Shown piece after piece: positions 42,430-54,400 of a stretch of DNA of 64,000 bases (its first letter is position 1; every line of letters begins with the position of its first letter). The position numbers and the translations under genes were made by a program. The stretch is from Cycas panzhihuaensis (Eukaryota; Plantae; Cycadophyta). Location of the stretch: contig CM041465.1 of assembly GCA_023213395.1 (NCBI GenBank), positions 58,969,741 through 59,033,740 of the forward strand, read 5' to 3'. The notes beneath the pieces are model-generated. The model searched no databases. It saw only the letters and a program-made list of their open reading frames with translations, and was not told where the DNA came from.

Positions 42430-42657
42430 ATGGAAACCATCGATTCAATTAAGGGCATAATAATTTTTGACAGTAGGGGTAATTCCACCATTGAAGTAGA
42501 TCTTTATCTTTCATACGGTACTCTTAGTAGAGCAGTTATTCCAAATGGTGCTTCAACTGGTGTGTATGAAGCATTAGAGTTGCATGATGGAGGAAAGGAC
42601 TATTTTGGAAAAGGTGTCACAAAGGCTATTAAAAATGTCAATTCAATCATTGAACCT
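42430..42657 (+). pseudogene. ENO: Processed cytosolic enolase fragment, aa 1-76, preceded by a probable 5'UTR (42382-42429)
   Basis: [23 protein letters not shown]...[39 protein letters not shown], colinear with the plant enolase N-terminus; intronless; runs into the PBS. Confidence 0.96.
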
Positions 42658-42670
42658 GGCTCTGATACCA
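42653..42670 (-). promoter_or_regulatory. 18-nt primer binding site for tRNA-iMet
   Basis: + strand AACCTGGCTCTGATACCA equals the 3' end of plant initiator tRNA-Met as I recall it; directly abuts the 5' LTR. Confidence 0.9.
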
Positions 42671-45438
42671 TGTAGAAGAAAGGTATTATGTACAATATCA
42701 ATAGGAACAAATTATTAAGCATTCATAGGAAGAAATTGACATTGTACACATATACATTTTCGGCAGGTGGAAAACCCCTTTTGGGAAAGAAAAACCGCCT
42801 ATGAAAGTATGAGTTTATTGGCCGAAATCTTTTACATAGACTTAAAGATTAGACCTGACCAGAAATACCCTCTATATACCAAGCTAATGGTGGAGACTAC
42901 CCTTCAGACAGGCTTATAACAACCTCCTAGATTCCTAGAGCAACTCCTAGAATCTAGGAAAGGCTAATTAAATAATGAGAGGTTTGTTGAAATGGGCAGT
43001 TGCTCATTTCAACAACCTTTATATAATAAATAATAATTAACATTAACTTTATAAAATGAACTTTTACATAACTTAAATTTATATTTAGACATGTGATCAA
43101 AAAGTAACATTAGCTTTTCTAACATTGTTGTATATTGTTGTTAGTCCAAGTCTGTTAGAAGTTGTCTCAACCATATTGCTTCACTTGCAGCACTTATTAC
43201 AAATTTGTATTCAGTTTCTGTTGATGATAACATAGTAGTGGTTTGTCTTTTACTGCTATAAGAGAATGTTGTTGACCCAAGAAAGAAGCAATAACCACTT
43301 GTGGACTTTATTTATTTTTTGTCTCTTGCTTAATCTGAGTTGTAGAACCCTTTCAATTTTGTTGATTTTTCTCTAGGGTATATTAATTTTAGATCAACTA
43401 TTCCCTTTCTATACCTTAGTATTCTTCTTGCAGCTTTTTAATGTTTTATTTTAGGTTCTTGCATGTTTCTTAAAACCAAACCTACTGAATATGATATGTT
43501 TAGTCTAGTTGTTGTGAGATAGATTAAGCTACTAATCAGTTACTTATACAGAGTTGCATTGGCCAAAGGTTCTTCTTCTTTTGTGACCAGGTTACAGTTT
43601 ACCTCAATGGGTGTTGCACATGGATTGTAATTTTCTATTTGAAATTTAATCAATAAGTCCTTGATGTACTTTCCTTGAGATAGGGTGATGGAGTCCTCTA
43701 GTTAGTTAACTTCCAATCCCAAATAATAACTTAGAAGACCCAAATTGGTCATTTCAAATTTTCTTTCTAGTTGTTTCTTTATGTTTTTGATTGATTCAAC
43801 ATTGCTCCTTGTGATTATCATGTCGTCTACATAAAGTACAACTATAGTGATCAACCTATTTCTTTTCTTTACATATAAGCTTGAGTCAAAGTCATAATGT
43901 CAAAAACCATTCTAACACAGATGCTTGTCTAATTTAGCATACCAAGTTTGAAGGGCCTATTTCAAACAATTTATAATCTTTTTCAATTTACAAACCAAGT
44001 ATTCTTATCCTTCCTTGATGCATCCTTCTAGTTGCATCATATACACTTCCTCATCTAGTTCTCCATTTAAGAATACACTTTTAACATCTAGATAAAAAAC
44101 TTTCCAATTTTATTGAGCTGTCAAGGTGACAACAATTGTCATTGTATTTAATTTTGTTATAAGAGAAAATGTTTCTTTGAAATCTACTCTAGATGTCTAG
44201 GTGTAGCCTTGGCAATAAGCTTGGCTTTGTATTTTTCAAATTTTCCATTGATTCCTTCTTTGATTTTATAAACCCATTTGCAGTTAACCACTAGTTTATT
44301 GGGAGGTGACTCAACTAATCCCCATGTTTGGTTCTTGGCAATTAATTACATTTTTGAATCCATTGTTGTTCTCCATTCTAGCTAATCTTTATTGTGTCTC
44401 AATATTGTTGTACAATGCCCAAGGTATTTAACTTCTAGTTCTGTACATAAATAAATATCCTTTTCCTTCTTCAATCATTTTGATATACCATCTTGGTACT
44501 TTCTTTTCCTCTCTTGGTTCTTCATCAGTGGCTGATTCTTCTTATGGTTGTTCCTCTTCTACTGAGATTGAATCTTCATGTGATACTAGTGAAGATTCTG
44601 ATGTTTGAGGGATCTCTTCTGGGGTAAGTTCTGATGCCTCTTCCATGATAATTTCTTGAGATGTTGCTTTTAATCCCTCTTCAATTTGTTTGAATTGAGG
44701 CTTGTTATCTAGAACATCTTCTTCATTAAACACAACATCTCTACTTACATAAGATCTTGTTAGTTTTTGGATTTATGCATTTATAAGTTTTTGAATTTTT
44801 GTTGTATCCTATTATGATACATTCTATACCTTTTACATCAAATTTTGATCTCCTTTTATTAGGAATATGGACAAATTCTTGACATCCAAATACATTTAAA
44901 ATGCTTACATCAGGTTTCTTACTTATCCAAGCTTCTTCCAGAGTGATTTGCTTTATTGCTTTTGTAGGACTTTGATTTATCAAATAATATGCAATGCTAA
45001 TTGCTTTTGCCCAGTAGGTTTTTAAAATGTATTTTTCAGAAACCATATCATGAGCCATTTTCATGATGGTTTTGTTCTTCCTTTTAGCAACCCCATTAGA
45101 CTAAGGGGTATAGGGAGTTGTGAAATGTCTACGTATTCCATTTATTTTACAAAAGTTCAAAAAATCTTCGATATGTATTCTTTACCACCATCTAACCTAA
45201 TGCACTTTATTTAAGCTTCAGATTTTAACTCTATTTCTGCTTTGAATTCTTTGAAGATTTTAAAGACTTTAGACTTATTATGGAGGAAGGACACCCATAT
45301 CTTTCGAGTGAAATCATCAATGAAAGTCAAAAAAATACCTGCATCTATTGATTGAGAATGGAGTAAGAGGGCTACATAAATTGGTATGAATTAACTCTAA
45401 CTTATTTTGGGCACACCAGCTGCTTTTCTTGAATGAAA

Positions 45439-48400
45439 TATTGAGAACCAATGTCCCAACCCTTTTGCTGCCACCAAGATCTAAACTATTCTTGTAACTA
45501 GTTACGAAAATTAAAACTAAAAATTACATGCAAGTTCTTAAACCAGAGATAAAACAAATAGACTGAATAAGAAATCCAAGTACATAAATACACCTGATAT
45601 AATGTGGTAAAACCCTAGCAGTGTGTTAGGAAAACATCCACATAGGAAATGTATCGATCTTTATTGTCACAGAATAGAGAAAATATACATAATCCTATAG
45701 CAGAGTGCTCATAGCAATAATAATCAGCTGCCCAACTCCTCACAGTATATTAAATAACCTCAACATAATGAAATATGTCCTAAATCGAGCTACATGAGAG
45801 AGTCATACAAGGCAAAAATCTGGACCGTAGAATCTAGGGTATTTTTATCGGATGACCTTGATTCTCTTTACAATTTAATATAGTTTTCAGTGTTAATTTT
45901 TCAGGTTGGGGGCTGTTGCCCTTGAACCCCTTCTTAGTGGGGTGCGTTCCACGTCCCCTGCACCCTCTGGGCCAAGGGGGGCTCCTGCCCCCCTTGGAAC
46001 CCTTTGAGAAAGGTTTGGGGGGGAAATTACGCTGCCAACATGCTAAAATTTAAGTCTCCAACCATTGTTGTCACATTACCTAATAATCTTCACTTTGATA
46101 ATAATTTACCTGGTACCTTTTCTGGACCCTTCATAATCTTTTCTCCAATCCAAGAGAAGTCAAACACCATTTAAACTTCTCTAATGGTACTAGTTTTGTG
46201 AACATATCAGTACAATTCTGTTTTGTATCAACCTTCTCAAGTGCCACTCCACCTGCTTCTACAACCTGTCTAACAAAATGGTACTTAAGAGCAATATGCT
46301 TTATTCTACTGTGATAAGCTAGATTTTTAGCTAAGTAAATAGTACTTTGACTATCACAAAATACCTTTACCTTTTCTTGTTTCCTTCCAAGCTCAACCAA
46401 TAGACCCTATAACCAGATTTCTTCTTTCCAAGCATGTGCTGCAGCAATATATTCAGCCTCTGTAGTTGATAATGTAATTGTGCTCTACAATTTTGACATC
46501 CAACTAATTAGACCATTTGCAAGAGTAAATACATAACCTGAAGTAGACTTTCTCTTATCTAAATCTCCTGCAAAGTCTGAATCAACATATCCACAGACTT
46601 GATTATTTGTACCTCTAAAGGTGATGCAATAGTCACTTGTGCCTCTTAAATACCGAAGCACCCATTTCACTGCTGTCCAATGTTCCTTTTCTGGATTTGC
46701 CATAAGCTTGCTAACTACACCGACTGCATGTGAAATGTTAAGTCTTGTACATACCATGGCATACATCAAACTTCCTACTGCACCGGCATAAGGCACATGA
46801 GACATATATTCCTTTTCTTCTTTATTATTAGGACTCGTACTCGAAGAAAACTTGAAATGGGAAACCAATGGGATACTCACTAATTTCACATTTGCCATAC
46901 TAAACCTGGTTAGTACCTTCTCTACATATTTCTACTGTGATAACCATAGCTTACCATTTTTCCTATCTCTGTGTATCTCCATACCTAAGATTTATTTTGT
47001 AGCTCTTAGATCCTTCATATCAGAAGTCCTAGCCAATTGAGTCTTTAACTTATTGATTTCTTCCATGCTCTTGCTTGCAACCAGCATGTCATCAACATAC
47101 AATACTAAGATAATCCATAAATTTAAAGTAAACACAATGATCATACTTACTTCTTTTGAAATTTTGGCTCTCTATGAAGGTATCAAACTTCTTGTACCAT
47201 TGCCTAGGAGATTGCTTTAGGCCATATAATGATTTTTTTAGCCCGCAAACAAGTTTTTTTCTAGCATCCTGTACAAACCCTTCTGGTTGGTCCATATAGA
47301 TCTCCTCATCTAAATCTCCATATTAAAAAGTTATTTTTATATCTAACTACTCCAACTCCAAATCAAGAGAAGCTACTAATGCTAATAGCACTCGAATTAA
47401 AACAAGTTTGATAACTGGTAAAAAGATCTCATGAAAGTCAATGGTTGCTTTCTGTGCAAAGCCTTTAGCCACTAGTCTTGCCCTGTATTTGTCAACCTTT
47501 CCATCAATATCTGTTTTCATCTTAAAAATCCACCTACAACCAATAGTCTTCCTACTATGTGGAAGTTCCACCAAGTCCTATGAATTATTTTTCTTCAATG
47601 CATTTATCTCTTTCTACATAGCCCTCTTCCACTTCTCACTATGGATATCATCTACTGTTTCTTGATAACATGTAGGCTCACCATCATTAGAAACCAAAGC
47701 AATAGAAGTAGACAGGCTGTACCTGTCAAGTGGATGACTAACTCGTGTAGATCTTTTAACTGTTGGCAGAGGAGTGTCCACATACTCATATAAATCTATT
47801 GTAGATTCATCTTCAGAAAGATCTTCCCGTTCTTCTGATTCCAAAGATGACTGGGTTTCAAATTTGACCCGTTGATGTTAATCTTTCTGCTCTTATTTCA
47901 CTTCAACTTCTACACTGTCTAATTTTAGAAGGGTGATTCATCAAATATAACATCTCTATTAATGGTGATTTTATGGGCAGTAGGATCCCACAACCTATAT
48001 CCCTTCACACCATCTTTATCACCATAACCAACAAAGATATATTTCTTAGATTTTGGGTCTAACTTTGAATATTTACTTGTATCAGTATGGACATAAGCAT
48101 CACAACCAAAAACTCTCAAATTTGAATAGTCACATAGATGTCCAGTCCATACCTCTTCAGGAATCTTGTAGTCTATTGCAAGTGATGGTGACCTATTTAC
48201 CAGATAGTAAGATGCTTGAATAGCTTCTGCCCACAAGCCTTGCTCCACCCTAGTATTACTTCGCATGCTTCTTGCTCTTTCCAAGAGTGTCTTATTTATG
48301 TGCTCAGCAATGCCATTTTGCTGTGGAGTATAGCTAATGGTCTTGTGTCTTTCGATCCCAGCTTCTCTATAATAGTTCTCAAACTCCAAGGAGTTGAACT

Positions 48401-51400
48401 CATCTCCATTGTCAGTTCTTAAACATTTGATTGACTTACTAGTGCTATTCTCAACTAGAGCCTTAAACTGCTAAAACACACTGAAAACTTTATATCTCCT
48501 TTCTGGAGTAATCATCTATAGTACAATGATCCTCCACAAGATATTTTAGGGGCTGGTCTCCACACATCTTAATGTATGTAATTCAGAACTCTTTTACTAG
48601 TGTGACTCCTTACTTTAAACCTAAGTCTACATTGTTTTCCAAAAACACAATGTTTACAAAAGCCAAATCTGAAAGTTGTAAGTCAGGAAGTAACTTACAG
48701 TTTATCAGCACCTTAAGTCCTCTCTCACTCATGTGCCCAAGTCTCTAATACCATAATTGAGCTGGATCTTCTGCAGTCTTTGATACTGTAGCTACTTAAC
48801 TGATATCTATACTTCCTACTATAATGTAAAGATTTTCTTTCTTTAAGGCTTTCATAACAACCAAGGTACCCTTTGACACCTTTAGGACTCCTTCATGACC
48901 TGTATACTTAAAACCACCCGAATGTAGTTCACCCAAGGAAATCAGATTCTTTTTCAGATTAGTTACATGTCTAACCTCAGTTAATGTTCTCACTACCCTA
49001 TCAAACACCTTAATTCTGATGCTACCAATGCCCACTGTCTTACAAGAAATTTCATTTCCCATAACTACATCACCACCATCAAGAGGTTGGTATGATGAGA
49101 ACCAACTCTTTGTGTAGACACGTGGTGCAAAGCACCTAAATCTAATAACTAGTCATGGTGATAATGAGAAATATTATAAGCAACTAAGACATCATCATCC
49201 ATACCTTGATTTGACTCCACCTGATTCACCTCCTTGGTAGGATCTTCCTTTTTCTGGAACTCCTTCCTTTTGTATCAATCCTTCTTGAGGTGACCGGTCT
49301 TATTATAGTGCCAACACCCAAGCTTACTCTTCTTGCCTTTTGATTTTGACCTTGATGTATCCTTGGAGATTTGTCTTCTATCAATTGTTCTACCCCTTGC
49401 TGTCATAGCTTCTGGTGTGGAGGTTTCAAGACTAGACTTCCTCTGCACTTCTTCCATCAGCAAAGCACTCACAATAGAATCATATTCTAATTCATCTATA
49501 GTGATAAAATTAATTGAGGTAACAATATTATCCCAGAATTCTGGTAATGAGGATAACAAGGTAACAACCTTGTCCTCATCCTCAATTTGATACTAGCCAA
49601 CTGACAAATAAGAGTATTGAAGACATTTAAATGGTCAGTAATTTTTGTATCTTCCTTCATGCATAATGAGTATAGCTGCCTCTTCAAGTAGATTCAATTC
49701 GTCACTGACTTGGTCATATACAGGCTTTCCAATCAAGTCCATAATCCTGCTATTATCTGCTCCACTGCGATGTTAAATAGAACTTCATCTGCTAAGCACA
49801 ATCGTATTATTCTAAGAGCCTTTTTGTCTAGATCATCTCATTCATCATTATCCATCCCTGTGGGTTTCTTCATTTTACCTACAAGAGCTCTGTACAAACC
49901 TTATTGTATAAGAATATCATACGCTTTCAGTTTTCACAACTCATTTCCACAACTCGAAGTTGTTCTTGCCATTGAATTTCTCTACCTCAAACTTTGCACT
50001 TGCTAGTTTCGCCATTTGGTGTAGAGAAAGCTGACACCAAAACCTTCACAAACTCACTGCAAAAATAAAAGTGGCTCTGATACCACTTCTTGAGAACCAA
50101 GGTCCCTACTATTTTGCCACCACCAAGATCTAAATTATTCTTGCAACTAGTTATAGAAATTGAAACTAAAAATTACATGCAAGTTCTTAAACTAGAGATA
50201 AAATAAATAGACTAAACAAGAAAGCCAAGCACACAAATACATCTGATATAACATGGTAAAACTCTAGCAATGTACTAGGGAAACATCCACACAGGAAAGG
50301 TATCAATCTTTATTATCACAGAATGGAGAAAATGTACATAATCCTATAGTAGAATGCTCACAACAACAACAATCAGCCACCCAACTCCTCATAGTATATT
50401 GAACAACCTCAACATAATGGAATATGCCCTAAATCAGGCTACATGAGAGAGTCATACAAGGCACAAATTTGGACCATAGAATCTAGGGTATTTTTATCAG
50501 ATGACCTTGATTCTCTTTACAATTTAATATAGTTTCCAGTGCTAATTTTTCAGGTCGGGGGCTATCGCCCCTGAACCCCCTCTTAGCGGGGGGCGTTCAA
50601 CGCCCCCAACACCCCCTGGCCAAGGGGGCCTTCCACCTCCCTTGGAACCCCCCGATAAAGGTTTGGGGGGGGGGGGGGGGGAACTGCACTACTAACATGC
50701 CAAAATTTAAGCCTCTAAGCATTGTTGTCACATTACCCAATAATCTCCACCTTGACAACAATTTACCTGTTACATTTTCTGGACCCTTCATCATCTTTTC
50801 TACAAGCCAAGAGAAGTCAAATACCATTTGAACTTCTCTAATGGTACTAGTTTTATGAATATATCAGCACAATTCTATTTTGTATCAACCTTCTCAAGTG
50901 CCACTCTACCTACTTGCATAACCTGTCTAACAAAATGGTACTTAAGAGCAATATGCTTTGTTTTACTGTGATAAGTTGGATTCTTGGCTAAGTAAATGGC
51001 ACTTTGACTGTCACAAAATACCTTTACCTTTTCTTGTTTCCTTCCAAGTTCAACCAATAGACCCTATAACCAGATTGTTTCTTTACAAGCATGTGTTGGA
51101 GTAATATATTCAGCTTCTGTAGTTGATAATACAATTATGCTCTACAATTTTGACATTTAACTAACTGGACCATTTACAAGAGTGAATACATAACTTAAAG
51201 TAGATCTTCTCTTATCTAAATCTCTTGCAAAGTCTAAATTAACATATCCATAAACATGATTATTTATACCTCCAAAGGTAATGCAATAGTCACTTGTGCC
51301 TCTCAAATACTGAAGTACCCATTTCATTGTTGCCCAATGTTCCTTTCTTGGATTTGCCATAAACCTGCTAACTACATTGACTGCATGTGAAATGTCAGGT

Positions 51401-54400
51401 CTTGTACATACCATGGCATACATCAAACTTCCTACTGCACTCGCATAAGGCACACGAGATATATAATCTTTTTCTTCTTCATTACTAGGACTTATACTTG
51501 AAGAAACGTTGAAATGGGAAGCCAATAGGATACTCACTAGTTTCACATTTTCCATACCAAACCTAGTTAGCATCTTCTCTACATATTTCTACTACGATAA
51601 CTATAGATTACCATTTTTTCTGTCTCTGTATATCTCCATATCTAAGATTTATTCTATAGCTCCTAGATCCTTCATATCAAAAGTCTTAGCCAATTGAGCC
51701 TTTAACTTATTGATTTCTTCCATGCTCTTACTTGAAACTAGCATGTTATCAACATACAATACCAAGATAATGAATAAGCCATTGTCCATAAATTTAAAGT
51801 AAACACAATGATCATACTCACTTCTTTTAAAATTTTGGCTCTCTATGAAACCATCAAACTTCTTGTACCATTGCCTGGGAGATTGCTTCAGGCCATACAA
51901 TGATTTCTTGAGCCTGCAAATAAGTCTTTTTCTGCCATCCTGTACAAACCCTTTTGGTTGATCCATATAGATCTCCTCATCTAAATCTCTATGTTGAAAA
52001 GTTATTTTTACATCTAATTACTCCAACTCCAAATCAAGAGAAGCTACCAATGCTAACATCACTCGAATTGAAACAAGTTTGACAACTAGTGAAAAGATCT
52101 CACAAAAGTCAATACCTGCTTTTTATACAAAACCTTTAGCCATGAGTCTTGCCTTGTATTTGTCAACCTTTCCATCAACATCTGTTTTCATCTTAAAAAC
52201 CCACCTGCAACGAATAGTCTTCTTGCCATGTGGAAGTTCTACTAGGTCCCATGAATTATTTTCTTCAATGCATCTAGAAATTCTACCAGGTCCCATGAAT
52301 TATTTTTCTTTAATGCATCTATCTCTTTCTGCATAGCCCTCTTCCACTTCTCACTATGGATATCATCTACTGCTTCTTGATAACATGTAGGCTCACCATT
52401 ATTAGAAACCAAAGCAGTAGAAGTAGACGGGTTGTACGTGTTAGGTGGATGACTAACTCGTGTAGATATTCTAACTATTGGTAGAGGAGTGTCCATATAC
52501 TCCTGTAAATCTGTTGTAAATTCATCTTTAGAAAGATCTTCCTGCTCTTCTAATTCTAAAGATGGTTGGGTTTCAAGCTTGACCTGTTGATGTTTATCTT
52601 TCTGCTCCTATTTCACTTCAACTTCTACACTGTCTGATTTTAAAAGGGGAGATTCATTAAATATAACATCTCTATTAATGGTGATTTTGTGGGTAGTAGG
52701 ATCCCATAACATGTATCCCTTCACATCATCTTTATCATCATAACCAACAAAGATATATTTCTTGGATTTTGGGTTTAATTTTGAATGTTTACTTTTATCA
52801 ATCTAGGCATAAGCATCACAACCAAAAACTCTCAAATTTAAATAGTCACATAGATGTCTAGTCCATACCTCTTCAGGAATCTTGTAGTTTATTACAAGTG
52901 ATGATGACCTGTTTACCAGATAGCAAGTTGTTTGAACAACTTCTGCCCACAAGCTCTACTCCACTCTAGCATTACTTAGCATTTTGCTGTGGAGTATAGC
53001 TAGTGGTCTTGTGTCTTTTGATCCCAGCTTCTCTTCAATAGTTTTCAAATTTTCAAGGAGTTGAACTCACTTCCATTGTTAGTTCTTAAACATTTGATTG
53101 ACTTACCAGTGTTGTTCTCAACTAGAGCTTTAAATTGATTAAACACACTGAAAACTTCAAATTTCCTTTTCAAAAAAATAGACCCATACCTTTCTGGAGT
53201 AGTCATCTATAAATATGATAAAGTATAATGATCTTCCATAAGATATTTTAGGGGTTGGTCCCCACACATCTTAATGTATGTAATCCAGAATACCTTTACT
53301 AGTGTGACTCCCTATTTTAAACCTGAGTTCTACATTATTTTCTAAAAACACAATGTTTACACAAAGCCAAATCTGAAAGTTGCAAGTCAGGAAGTAACTA
53401 ACGGTTTATTAACACCTTAAGTCCTCTCTCACTCATGTGCCCAAGTCTCTGATGCCATAATTGATCTGAATCTTCTGTAGTCTTTGATACTACAGTTGCT
53501 TGGCTGACATCTGTACTTCCCACTAAAATGTAAAGATTTCCTTTCTTTAAGGCTTTCATAATAACCAAGGTGCCCTTTGACACCTTTAGGACTCCTTCAT
53601 GACCTGTATACTTAAAACCACCTGAATCTAGTTCACCTAAGGAAATCAAATTCCTTTTCAGATTAGGTATATGTTTAACCTCAATTAATGTTCTCAGTAC
53701 CCCATCAAACATCTTAATTCTGATGCTACCAATGCCCACTATCTTATAAGAAATTTCATTTCTCATAAGCACATCACCACCATCAAGAGGTTGGTATGAT
53801 GAGAACCAACTCTTGTGTGGACCCATATGGTGCGAAGCACCTGAATCTAATAAGCAGTCATGGTGATAATGAGAAATATTATAAGCAACCAAGACATTAT
53901 CATCCATACCTTGATTTGACTCCACCTAATTCGCCTCCTTAGTAGGATCTTCCTTTTTCTGGAACTCTTTCCTTTTGTAGCAATCCTTCTTGAGGTGACC
54001 GATCTTATTATAGTGCCAACACCTAAGCTTACTCTTCTTGCCTTTTGACTTTGACCTTAATGTATCCTTAGAGCTTTGTCCTCTATCAATTGTTCTACCA
54101 CTTGCTGTCATAGCTTCTGGTGTGGAGGTTTCAAGACTAGACTTCCTTCGCACTTCTTCCATCAACAAAGCACTCATAACAGAATCATATTCTAATTCAT
54201 CTGTAGTGATAAAACTAATTGAGGTAACAATATTATCCCGGGATTCTGGTAATAAGCATAACAAGGTAACAGCCTTGTCCTCATCCTTAATTTTAATATC
54301 GATACTAGCCAACTGATAAATAAAAGTATTGAAAATATTTAAATGGTCAACAAATTTTGTACCTTCCTTCATCCGTAATGAGTATAACTACCTCTTCAAG

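Larger units (their letters stand above)
36331..43124 (-). mobile_element. Full-length decayed Copia E (family A) carrying captured enolase cDNA in its leader
   Basis: LTRs 36331-36782 and 42671-43124; perfect TSD ttgtt (36326-36330 / 43125-43129); PBS 42653-42670; gag-pol ~36835-40852 with stops and an RNase H deletion relative to H. Confidence 0.96.

Noticed and set aside
42653-42670. tRNA gene
   Set aside because: Only the 3' 18 nt including CCA; this is a PBS.
41837-42675. Functional enolase gene
   Set aside because: Permuted order, stops, deletions, missing aa 77-102 and the whole C-terminal third, and located inside an LTR element.
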